From contig CAWCMR010000013.1 of assembly GCA_963796685.1 (NCBI GenBank), positions 256,001-320,000 of the forward strand: 64,000 nt of DNA, given 5' to 3'. The DNA comes from an uncultured delta proteobacterium. Its GTDB lineage: Bacteria; Myxococcota_A; Polyangia; Fen-1088. Numbering within the stretch: position 1 is the first letter of the stretch; the number at the start of each line of letters is the position of its first letter. The position numbers were made by a program, and so were the translations under genes. Positions 29,995 through 39,286 of the stretch are shown here, one piece after another. Under the pieces are notes generated by a model. That model ran no database searches. It was not told where the DNA came from and saw only the letters and a program-made list of their open reading frames with translations.

Positions 29995-31428
29995 AGTTGC
30001 GATGCCTGCTCGCGCTGGTCGTGCTCGTCGCGGTCGGGGTTTTACCGTCGCAAGGAGCGCTGGCCTGGGATCCGGCGACCACGCACGCGGGATTGACCGA
30101 GCGGGCCCTGGAGGCGTCTAAGCTTCACGCCACGCTTGCGCATGAGCTTGGCCGGCCACTGGGCAGCCTGGAACCTTTGCGCCTGGACGCGAACACCCTC
30201 GACGCGGATGTGGCGCGGGAGTTGAAGAATCGGCTGCACGCTCTCGATTCCGCCGGCGGCTATCGCCCGAGCGCGGAAGGGGTCGCCACCGCTTCGGCGT
30301 GGGTCCGGGCCGGCGCTGTGCTCGCGAAAACCCCACCCGAACGCGGACGCCATCATTTCCTCGAGCCGCAGACGCGCACCGGACTGGACGATGGTCCCGG
30401 CCTCTCCGGCACGCTGTACGCGCTTCGGCTGACCCTCGATGACGGCGCGACCGTGCGCGAGTGCGCGACCGGCGAGGCCTTCGATCTCGAAGGCAGGTCT
30501 TCGCTCGAATGGCTGCGCTCGCCGCGCAACGACCTCGGTCTGAACGCGTTCTTCGACAATTGGGTTCTCGCCGTGAGCGCGCCGCGAGCCGGCCAGCGCG
30601 AAACCGCCCTTGCCCGCGCCCTGCTGGCTATGGGCGGGGTGTTGTCCCTCCTCGAGGATGCGGGCCAGCCCGCGTTCGTGCGCAACGACTTCCGCGGCGA
30701 GTTCCTGACGCATGATTCGGGGTCTGCTCTCGAACGCTTCGTGGCGGACCGCTACGGCTCGGTGGCGCTTCCACGCGCACAGGCGCCGGTTGCGCGGCCC
30801 GATTTGGACAGCTATTTCGTCGCCGCGGACGGCAACGGGCTGGCACAGGCAACCCAGCGTCGCTTCTTCTCCCCCGGGACCTTGCCGCAAGATTTTCGCT
30901 GCGACCCCGTGCAAACGCCGTCGGAGCTTGCCGTCGAGGCCAATCGATCCCTTCGCTTCTCCGAGCCCAAGGTGATGCCCCTTGATGTCCGTTACGCCGG
31001 GCGCACGCGCTACGTGGTTCGAGATGGCGCGCGCGTGCTGGCCTATCAGCGCAACGGGGATCGCCTGCACTTCTTCCTGGACCAGGCGGTGGAGGAGGAT
31101 CTCGCGGCTCAGTGGCTGCCCAAGGTGGAAGGCTACGCGGCCGGCATGATCGACTACCTGCTGCGGGCCAAGGTTCAGATCGTGCTGGAGGGAGACAAGG
31201 CCGAGGCGACCCTGATCGGGGTGGTCGCACCATTCGAAACAGGGGCCTTGTGGCACCTCTACTCGGAGGACGAGTCGGGCGTCCGAACGGAGCTTCCCAA
31301 CCCAGGTCGGCGGCAACGCAAAAGCGTCATTCGTGGTGCCCAAGGGCGCGCGCAAGGTCGCGGCCTACGTACGCGGGCACGATGGCGCGGGGACTTTCGT
31401 CGCCGTCGCCGAGGCGCGCATTCCGTAG
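29991..31428 (+). CDS. Secreted zinc-PLC/P1-nuclease-like protein with degenerate metal ligands; frameshifted at ~31298
   Basis: ATGA overlap; signal ALA-WDPATTHAGLT; RHHF; MGGVLSLLEDAGQPAFVRND; a shifted frame gives QVGGNAKASFVVPKGARKVAAYVRG..ARIP* ending at 31428. Confidence 0.7.
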
Positions 31429-31799
31429 CCCCGACGACACTCTGCCTGCCAGGGACCTCGCGTCGGGAGCGGGACATTCCACGCAAGACCGTCACCTGGC
31501 ATACGGATGTTTTCAGGGGCGGCGAGCTCTCTGGAAAGCGATTGCACGCGATCGCGTTCGTTGTCGCTCGTACACAAGAATACCCATGCGAAAAATGCTC
31601 GAGATCGAGCCTCGTCACGCTTGAATTCATGTGCCAGACTTCCCTCTTTCTTTCGCTTCGGCAGTTAGGATTCTGATCGGCAGGTGTTGCGGCGGCGGCT
31701 TGCGTTCACTGGAATGAAACAGAGCTGTTTCGGAAACGCATCGGTGGTAGCAACTTCCGTTCATTATCTTTCAGCGTGGATGAATAGAGGGAGGGGAAC

Positions 31800-31991
31800 A
31801 TGACGGATCCATCTCTGACGACCGACGAGCAGAAGGCGAAGATGCCCAAGAACATCTGGCTCTTCCCTGATGAAGATGATGACGACGACGCCGACGACGA
31901 GGACGACGACGAGATACCCGAGGCCTGGCAGCGCGTGCGCTGGCTCTCGCGACCGGATTTTGGCTCACCCCAGTGGTGGTCCCGGACCTGA
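31800..31991 (+). CDS. Small acidic, Trp-rich protein (63 aa)
   Basis: Strong GGGAGGGG RBS; poly-Asp/Glu tract; no competing gene in the interval. Confidence 0.55.
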   Translation: MTDPSLTTDEQKAKMPKNIWLFPDEDDDDDADDEDDDEIPEAWQRVRWLSRPDFGSPQWWSRT

Positions 31992-32123
31992 TCCTTTCGA
32001 CGAAGTGCTGCTAATCCCGCAACAAAAAGCGTGACGGCGCGGGCGGTCGTAGACGGCACGACCGCCGGCAGCCATCGCGGGGTTATCGAGGGCTCCGTCG
32101 TTTTGGCGGACGGCGCTCGCGCG

Positions 32124-34100
32124 CTACTGCCGGTTCAGGATCTCGGTGGGGACGGAGCTTCCTGCTGCTGAAAGCTTGGTCGCAAGCGCGGAGCGAGCAC
32201 CGGTCACCGTGAAGGATCCCGCGTTGTCATCGCCCGGGATCCAGGTCAGGAGCGCGTGCGCCGAGAGCTGTCCATCGAGGCTGGCCTTGGGTTCGGCGAT
32301 CTCGACGACCTTCAACGAGCCGTCCGACAAGGCCGAGGCCTGGACGACGATGTCGATACCCGCGGCGACGATGTCCGCGCCAATGGTGGCGGCCGAGCCC
32401 TGCGTGCTGCTCAGCAATTGCATGCGGTGAAGGGCATCGTTGGTCGATCGTGCGACGATGGCCAGGATAACCCCTTCCAGTCCCAAGTTGCACTCGCCCA
32501 GGACCTCTCCAGCTAGAGCGCTGTGGTTCGCGTCCACGATCAGGTACTCGGGCTGCATTGCGACGGCGGCCGTCACCAAGTCCGTGGCCTGAGCCTCGGG
32601 CTGAAGCCTAATCCACGAGGTTGCGCTCGCCGGTGGCACGATCGAGTCGGATAGCAAGGCGACCCTGGCCACCCGGTCCACGGACCAGAGGATGGCGCGC
32701 AGGAGGCTGTCGCACGCCGCGCGGTCGCCGGACACCAGGATGTTCTGCCGGGTCGCGACGCATGCGTCGAGCACCTGGCGCATTTCGGGGGAAATGACGT
32801 GCTCCTCGACCAGGTCATCAATGGTCTTTCCGCTGGCGACGGGGCGCCTGATGGCCACACACAAACGGTCGGCAACGGGCGGAAAGATGGCGGCGATACG
32901 CATGCCGTCTGGCAGCGCAGTGTTGACGGCCGACGCATCGGCGGCCGGCTTGGGCGAGCCCTTGTTGGCCAGCTTGCGAATCACGGTCGCCAGCGTGGCC
33001 AGGTCCGAGGCAGGCACGGAAGCCGCCTCGCGCCGGCCGTTGCGCTGGATTTCGGCCTGGTTCGTTCCCGTGAAGAAGGCCGCTGTGACGCCTTCGCTTT
33101 CGAGCAGGTGGGTCAGCCACTCGGGAACGTCTCGGTCGAGGAGCCGCGAACCATGTTTGCCCGCTGGCTGAGCTGCCGCCTTGCCCTTGGGGCGTGCCGT
33201 GGCCTTGGCCACCTCCGGCGCCTTGTGCGTCGAATGGGGACTCTCGGTTCCGGCGGACGAGAAGACATCCTCGGGCTCGGGGGGCAAATCAGGCTGGTCG
33301 TCGCCACTTTCGGCGGGAGCCGCCGATGGGGCCGGCGGCGGACTGTTCTCCATATCCAGCGTCGCGCCACCGTGGGCCCGTGCAGGCTCCGGCGTTTCGC
33401 TCCTCGGACTGAAGGGGGAATCGTCGTCGGCATGGGAAGTCGGCGGTTGCACGGCGGGTTTGAGGGGTGGAACCGTGAAATGAGGATGGGGCGTGCCGAG
33501 CGCATCGTCATCGTCGTCCAAATTGATGTCCGAAGGCCCAGAAGGGGGCGGAAACGGATCGGAGACGGCCGGGATGACTCGGCTCTCGCGCTTGGGCAGC
33601 GCTGGCGGCGGTGGTGGTGGCGGAAGCGGAGCGTGGGCCGAATGGGGCGGCGCCGGAGGCTTGGGGGCCGACCCCGGTGCGTCGTCGAAGATGCTGCTAC
33701 CTCGGGCCGAGGGCGGCGGGGGAGGGGGACGGCGGGGGATCGCCGAGCCCAGCGAGCCGGCCTCGGGGGGACCTGGCGGCGACGCCGGCCGCATGGTCTC
33801 CATCGAGGACGTAAGCGAAGTGAGCCTGATGATGAAATCGCCGACGAAGATCTTGTCGCTCTGGACGACCGGCGTGGGCTCGGCGATCTTCCGCCCGTTG
33901 ACGTACGTGCCGTTCGTGCTGCGTAGATCCTCCACGAGGATCTCTCCGTCGCGAACCAACAACCGACAGTGGTGTTTGGACACATTGCCCTTTGGCAAGA
34001 CGATGTCATTGCCCCGAACTCGACCGACGGTCACTTCCTCTTTGTCGAAGCTGAGTTCGTTGGTGCTTCCACCTTTCTCGGTCAGCGACAGGTTCACCAT
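32124..34100 (-). CDS. FHA domain + Pro-rich linker + degenerate TadA/CpaF (VirB11-like) ATPase domain
   Basis: FHA: VGRVRGNDIVL..VSKHH..STNGTYVNG; C-domain LPDGMRIAAIFPP, AIRR, NILVSG, IDIVVQ with eroded Walker motifs. Confidence 0.85.
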   Translation of the reverse strand: MVNLSLTEKGGSTNELSFDKEEVTVGRVRGNDIVLPKGNVSKHHCRLLVRDGEILVEDLRSTNGTYVNGRKIAEPTPVVQSDKIFVGDFIIRLTSLTSSMETMRPASPPGPPEAGSLGSAIPRRPPPPPPSARGSSIFDDAPGSAPKPPAPPHSAHAPLPPPPPPPALPKRESRVIPAVSDPFPPPSGPSDINLDDDDDALGTPHPHFTVPPLKPAVQPPTSHADDDSPFSPRSETPEPARAHGGATLDMENSPPPAPSAAPAESGDDQPDLPPEPEDVFSSAGTESPHSTHKAPEVAKATARPKGKAAAQPAGKHGSRLLDRDVPEWLTHLLESEGVTAAFFTGTNQAEIQRNGRREAASVPASDLATLATVIRKLANKGSPKPAADASAVNTALPDGMRIAAIFPPVADRLCVAIRRPVASGKTIDDLVEEHVISPEMRQVLDACVATRQNILVSGDRAACDSLLRAILWSVDRVARVALLSDSIVPPASATSWIRLQPEAQATDLVTAAVAMQPEYLIVDANHSALAGEVLGECNLGLEGVILAIVARSTNDALHRMQLLSSTQGSAATIGADIVAAGIDIVVQASALSDGSLKVVEIAEPKASLDGQLSAHALLTWIPGDDNAGSFTVTGARSALATKLSAAGSSVPTEILNRQ

Positions 34101-34278
34101 GACCGAACGCTAAGCAAAAACCGGCCCCTTGTCCACTTGCTCGTCGAGGAATTGTCGAGGTGCATGGCCTGGGGAGCGTGTCGGCCCGATTGCCCACTTT
34201 CCCTGGTACCCTGTTCGTGGTGCAATATCCTATGTCCGAGAGTGGACCGCTCGGACCAGAATGACGAGAAGGAGACCG

Positions 34279-34899
34279 ATGCCATATTTGCGAACCACCA
34301 TCCTCGGAGCCACCGCGTTTGCCACGACGTTCATGGCGCTCTCGATGTCCGCGCTCGCCGCCAATTCAAAGCCAAAGTATTACTTTAAGATTTCCAACAT
34401 ACAGTCGCATGACGCAAAGGTTATTCCGATGGCCAAGGAGCTCCTGGAAAAGGAGGTCGCATCGCGACCTGAGCTCACCATGGACCTCGGCGGCGCGCAG
34501 AGCGAGGACGCCCAGATTGCCGAGATCCGCAGACAAGGCATGCAGGGCTTTCAGGTGTCGCTGCGAATCGACAGCCTGAAGAAGGACATCAAGCCGCCAG
34601 CGCCCGGGAAGCGCGACCAGCAGATGACCGTCGAGGTGAAGGTGGGGATCTTCGGCCACACCCTCCCGGGCAACAAGCTGCTCTTCACGGGCGACGGCAA
34701 CGCCTCCTTGACGGGGGATTTCTCCGAACGACTCAAGGACAAGGAAGAAGAGCGTTTCACGCGAGCCGCGTTGGCGGGCGCCATCAAGCAAGCTGTCAGC
34801 ACTGCGGTCGTCAAGCTGACCACGACCACCTTGGAGGACAGGAGCGCCGGCAGGCGCAAGTCGGGCAAGGCCGGCAAGACGGGCAAGTCCAAACGGTAG
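34279..34899 (+). CDS. Secreted hypothetical protein with basic tail
   Basis: AAGGAG RBS, signal peptide ending ALA. Confidence 0.75.
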   Translation: MPYLRTTILGATAFATTFMALSMSALAANSKPKYYFKISNIQSHDAKVIPMAKELLEKEVASRPELTMDLGGAQSEDAQIAEIRRQGMQGFQVSLRIDSLKKDIKPPAPGKRDQQMTVEVKVGIFGHTLPGNKLLFTGDGNASLTGDFSERLKDKEEERFTRAALAGAIKQAVSTAVVKLTTTTLEDRSAGRRKSGKAGKTGKSKR

Positions 34900-34911
34900 G
34901 AGAAGAGAGCA

Positions 34912-35652
34912 ATGCATAGAACGGTCGCCCGGGTTTCTTGGCTGTCGCTCATCGTGCTCATCGGCGGGCTGGGACTCGGGTGCAAAAAGAGCATCCCACC
35001 CGTACCTGTGCCAGCGGCCCAGGACAACCTGCCCAAGCTGGAAGTCAGCAAGGATCGCCCGCTCCTCTACACCTACGTCGAGCCCAAAGGGACCTTCGCC
35101 ACCACCGACAAGCCGGAGGACGTTCCCCCGAACGCGCGACGACTGGTGCGCGTGGTCGATCCCGCGAAGGCGACCGACAGGCGAGATGCGACTCGCGTGT
35201 ACGTCGTCGACCTTGGTGAGATGCTTGGCGCGGGCAAGGCGACGGCGCACGTAATGTCGCGCGAGGCCTTCGAAACAGGTGCGTTGGCGCAATTGCCGCC
35301 GGGCGAATCGAGCTTGCTATCGGAGCCCCACGGGCCGCCGTTGCCCGATGTGCCCATCGCGGGCGTAGATGGCGGCGTGGGCGGAGGGCCGCTTGGCCCC
35401 CCTGTCGTCATTCTGTACGGTACGCCGTGGTGCGGGGCCTGCAAGGCGGCCAAGCAGTACCTGGCGGCCAAGCACATTCCGTACGCTTACAAGGACATCG
35501 AGAATGATCCGGCGGCCGCGCGCGAGCTGCAGGTCAAAGCCGCCAGGATGGGGATTCCGACCGACCGGGTGCCCATCCTCGACGTGCGTGGGCGCCTCCT
35601 TCTGGGATTCGACCGCGCCCGCCTCGACGCCATGCTCGGCGACGCAACTTAG
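34912..35652 (+). CDS. Lipoprotein with C-terminal glutaredoxin/NrdH-like domain
   Basis: Lipobox LGLGC; YGTPWCGAC, RVP, LLGFD. Confidence 0.88.
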   Translation: MHRTVARVSWLSLIVLIGGLGLGCKKSIPPVPVPAAQDNLPKLEVSKDRPLLYTYVEPKGTFATTDKPEDVPPNARRLVRVVDPAKATDRRDATRVYVVDLGEMLGAGKATAHVMSREAFETGALAQLPPGESSLLSEPHGPPLPDVPIAGVDGGVGGGPLGPPVVILYGTPWCGACKAAKQYLAAKHIPYAYKDIENDPAAARELQVKAARMGIPTDRVPILDVRGRLLLGFDRARLDAMLGDAT

Positions 35653-36305
35653 GAATGGGAACCCTGAGCGGTTGAAACCGGCAGGGGCCCTCGGCACCTG
35701 CCAGCCGGCCCTGGCGTATCTTTGTCAGCCGTTCTGGCGCAGAGCAGCCCTGCCTCGAGCGAGAATCCTAGGCAGCGCGCGAAGAACGGGGCGCACAGCG
35801 GATCGCCACAGGCGCAGCTCATGCAGTGGCCCGTGCTCGAAATGGGCACGCACGCGCACTGCGTGGTGCCGAGCGCCGGGCTCGTCACCGTCAGAATTTG
35901 CAGATCCGAGGCACAGATCAGACCCTTGCAATCGGTCAGGGGCGAGCCTCCAGTTCCCGAGTCGACGACGCCACCACCGTCCATCCCACCCGCGCCGCCC
36001 GTGCCGCCTGTGCTGCTGGCGCCGCCGCTCCCGCGGCCGCCGGTTCCGCCTGTCTCGCCCACACCACCGATCCCGGTGGAGCCGCCTGCCCCCGAACCGC
36101 CGCCGCCGCGTCCTGCGTCACCTGCGCCCCCATCAGCGCCAGAACCGGCTGCGTCTTGTCCGCCTGTGCCAGTCGTGCCGCCGGTGGCGCCGGGGAAGCT
36201 CGAAACCATTCCGCCGTCTTTGGTTTGCGAGATGGAGCTCTTGGACGTGCAGGCCACCGTGGCCAGGAGCGCCGCAAGCAGCCCAAACCGGTTCATGCTT
36301 CTCAT
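35649..36305 (-). CDS. Gly-rich-linker, Cys-rich lipoprotein
   Basis: Lipobox VAC, long Gly/Ala/Thr linker, Cys-rich C-domain; start 36305 or 36296; true stop may be ~35725. Confidence 0.7.
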   Translation of the reverse strand: MRSMNRFGLLAALLATVACTSKSSISQTKDGGMVSSFPGATGGTTGTGGQDAAGSGADGGAGDAGRGGGGSGAGGSTGIGGVGETGGTGGRGSGGASSTGGTGGAGGMDGGGVVDSGTGGSPLTDCKGLICASDLQILTVTSPALGTTQCACVPISSTGHCMSCACGDPLCAPFFARCLGFSLEAGLLCARTADKDTPGPAGRCRGPLPVSTAQGSHS

Positions 36306-36471
36306 GCTTCCGTAAGTGTGAAGGTTTCGACGATCGGCTCACCTCCAGCGATGAATTCCCGGTCGACTGCCCTTCGACGAGAGCGTCCCAGCCACCTATT
36401 TGCGTTTCGGATCAGGGCCGCGCTTCTTACTACTTGCGGGAGGCGCCACGACGTGGCTAGCTTCGCCTGCC

Positions 36472-37627
36472 ATGGAAATCGGTCCCCTCCGCGAACGTGC
36501 GAACAAGCTGTCTGGCCGCCTCGAGATCCTTCGGGGGCATCTTTGACATCGCCGGCAAGAAATCTCGCATAGGCGAGCTCGAGGTCGAGGCCAGCCAACC
36601 CGATTTCTGGCTCGCGAATGAAAAGGCCCAGGCCACGCTGCGCGAGCAGGCGAAGCTGAAGGCAGCCGTGGACGCTTTTGAAACGCAGCTCAAGGCGGTC
36701 GAGGACGCGCGCGTGCTCATCGATTTGGCGGACGAGGCCAAGGATGAGCCTACCGCGGTCGAGGTCAGCTCCATGCTGACGGGGGTCGAGGATGCCGTCA
36801 GCAAGATGGAGTTCGCGCGCATGCTGTCCGGTCCCTACGATCAGCAGGGCGCGCTGCTTTCCATCAACGCCGGTGCGGGTGGCACCGAATCGCAGGACTG
36901 GGCCGAGATGCTCCAGCGTATGTACATGCGCTGGTGCGTGCGCCGAGGCTACAAGTGCGAGATCCTCGACCTGCAGCCCGGCGACGAGGCCGGCATCAAG
37001 AGCGTCACCCTTGGCATCACCGGGGAATGGGCCTACGGCTACCTGCGCGCGGAGAACGGGGTGCACCGTTTGGTGCGCATTTCGCCCTTCGATTCGCAGG
37101 CGCGCCGCCACACGTCGTTCGCCAGCGTGTTCATCTATCCGGACATCGACGAGACCATCAAGCTCGACATCGACGAGAAGGACCTGCGCATCGACGTCAT
37201 GCGCTCGGGAGGCGCTGGCGGGCAGCACGTGAACAAGACCGAGTCTGCCGTGCGCATCACCCACATCCCCACCGGCATCGCCGTGCACTGCCAGCAAGAG
37301 CGCTCGCAGCACAAGAACCGCGCGGTCGCCATGCGAATCCTGCGTTCCAAGCTGCTTGAAGTGGAAGAGAAGAAGCAGGAAGAGAAGATGGGCGGCCTTC
37401 ACGCGCAGAAGAAATCCATCGAATGGGGAAATCAGATACGCTCCTATGTGCTTGCTCCCTATCGCCTGGTGTCGGACCATCGGACCGGGCTGAAGGTCGG
37501 CAAGGTCGACGATGTCTTGGACGGCGATCTGGATCAGTTCATGGTCGCCATGCTGCTTGTCCTGGCCGGCGATCCGTCAGCTACCCCACAATCCAGTCCC
37601 GACGATCTCGATGAAAAGGATCTGTGA
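36472..37627 (+). CDS. prfB: Peptide chain release factor 2 (programmed +1 frameshift)
   Basis: ATG 36472 gives 24 codons ending CTT TGA C; +1 frame has GAGGTES, SPF, GGQ. Confidence 0.97.
36532..36547 (+). promoter_or_regulatory. RF2 autoregulatory frameshift site
   Basis: CGGGGG-CAT-CTT-TGA-C: internal SD-like run plus slippery CTTTGAC. Confidence 0.93.
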
Positions 37628-37632
37628 TTCCC

Positions 37633-37706
37633 TGTGGATAAGTTCGAGAAGGTTCTGTGTTTTCAACAGGTTGCCTGATGGCACTCTGTGGATGAATCGT
37701 GGAGAA
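37633..37706. promoter_or_regulatory. Cluster of DnaA boxes in the prfB-lysS spacer
   Basis: TGTGGATAA (37633-41, perfect), TTTTCAACA (37660-68), TGTGGATGA (37687-95), CGTGGAGAA (37698-706). Confidence 0.6.
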
Positions 37707-37716
37707 AGACTAGCCC

Positions 37717-39261
37717 ATGTCCGATGAACGAGAGCTGATCGCCGATCGCGAGCGCAAAGTCAACGAGCTCCGACAAGCCGGCCAGAACCCCTACGCCAAC
37801 GGGTTTTCGCCCACCCACACCGCGCGCGACGTGCACGCCTGGTTCGCCGCGGGCAACGTGCCGGGCGCGAATCCCCTGACGGACGAGCCCAGAGCCGAGA
37901 GGTACTCCGTCGCCGGGCGCATCGTGGCCTTGCGCAGCTTTGGCAAGGCCGCCTTCGCCAAGGTGCGAGACCGCTCGGGCGAGATCCAGGTGTGGGTCAA
38001 GCAGGACGTGGTGGGGGAGAAGGCTTTCGGGCTGTGGCGGTCCATGGAGCGCGGCGACTTCATCGGCGCCACCGGCCCCGCGGTGATCACCAAGACCGGC
38101 GAGCACACCCTCTTGGCTGAACGACTTGCGATCCTGACCAAGGCTATTCGGCCTCTGCCCGAAAAATTCCACGGCCTGCAGGACATGGAGATCCGCTACC
38201 GCCAGCGCTACGTCGACCTGGTGGCCAACCCGGAGGTGCGCGAAGTCTTCCTGAAGCGCACCGCCATCATCAAGCTCTTGCGCCGGTTTCTCGACGCTCG
38301 GGATTTCGTCGAGGTCGAGACGCCCTCGATGCACACCATTCTCGGCGGCGCGGCGGCGCGGCCGTTCCGCACCCACCACAACGCGCTCGACATGGATCTG
38401 ACCATGCGCATCGCGCCCGAGCTCCACCTCAAGCGCTTGGTGGTGGGCGGCTTCGATCGTGTCTACGAAATAGGCCGCAACTTTCGCAACGAGGGGCTAT
38501 CGCGCCAGCACAACCCCGAGTTCACCATGCTGGAGTTCTACCAGGCCTACGCGACTTACGAAGACCTGATGGCGCTCACCCAGGAGCTGTTCGCCGAGCT
38601 GGCGCGCGAGATCTGCGGCAGCCCGGTCATCACCTACGGCGGGGTGCAGGTCGACCTCGGCGCCTTCGAGCGCATCCCCATGAAGGATGCCATCGTCATG
38701 GCGGTGGGGAAGGGGCTCCTGCCCGCGGGACTCGAACGCCCCATGCTCGACGACGAGGCAGCGCTTTTGAAGTGGATTGCCGAGTCGGGCACGCTCGAAC
38801 GCAAGGACGAGCTCGCGGCGGTTCTGCGCAAGTGCGAATCGCACGGCCACCGCGTGGGGGCGCTCTTCGACTACGGCGGCGAGCTGGCCCTGCCTCCCGA
38901 AAAGCCGGTCTTCGTGGTCGAGTATCCGGCCGAGACCTCGCCGCTGTCCCGACGCAACGACGCCGATCCCGGCCAGGTCGATCGCTTCGAGCTCTTCATC
39001 GTCGGCCGCGAGCACGCCAACGCCTTCTCCGAGCTCAACGACCCGGCGGACCAGCGCGCGCGCTTCCAGCGGCAGGTCGAAGCCAAGGCCAAGGGTGCCG
39101 AGGAAACCATGGACTACGACGAGGACTACTGCCGTGCCCTGGAGTACGGCCTTCCTCCCACGGCCGGTGAGGGCATCGGCGTCGACCGACTGGTCATGCT
39201 CCTCACCGATCAAGCCTCCATCCGGGACGTCATTCTATTTCCGCTCATGAGGCCTGAATGA
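37717..39261 (+). CDS. lysS: Lysine--tRNA ligase (class II)
   Basis: OB-fold (RSFGKAAF), RYRQRYVDL, GGAAARPF, RIAPEL, FRNEG, HNPEFT, YGLPPTAGEGIGVDRL. Confidence 0.98.
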   Translation: MSDERELIADRERKVNELRQAGQNPYANGFSPTHTARDVHAWFAAGNVPGANPLTDEPRAERYSVAGRIVALRSFGKAAFAKVRDRSGEIQVWVKQDVVGEKAFGLWRSMERGDFIGATGPAVITKTGEHTLLAERLAILTKAIRPLPEKFHGLQDMEIRYRQRYVDLVANPEVREVFLKRTAIIKLLRRFLDARDFVEVETPSMHTILGGAAARPFRTHHNALDMDLTMRIAPELHLKRLVVGGFDRVYEIGRNFRNEGLSRQHNPEFTMLEFYQAYATYEDLMALTQELFAELAREICGSPVITYGGVQVDLGAFERIPMKDAIVMAVGKGLLPAGLERPMLDDEAALLKWIAESGTLERKDELAAVLRKCESHGHRVGALFDYGGELALPPEKPVFVVEYPAETSPLSRRNDADPGQVDRFELFIVGREHANAFSELNDPADQRARFQRQVEAKAKGAEETMDYDEDYCRALEYGLPPTAGEGIGVDRLVMLLTDQASIRDVILFPLMRPE

Positions 39262-39286
39262 GCATCCCCTGCCACAGGCGCATTCG

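Noticed and set aside
31429-31676. C-terminal part of the 609-aa ORF 29847-31676
   Set aside because: Arg-rich off-frame read-through after the ~31298 frameshift.
37628-37716. Replication origin oriC
   Set aside because: Too short, no clear AT-rich unwinding element, no dnaA/dnaN/gidA neighbours.
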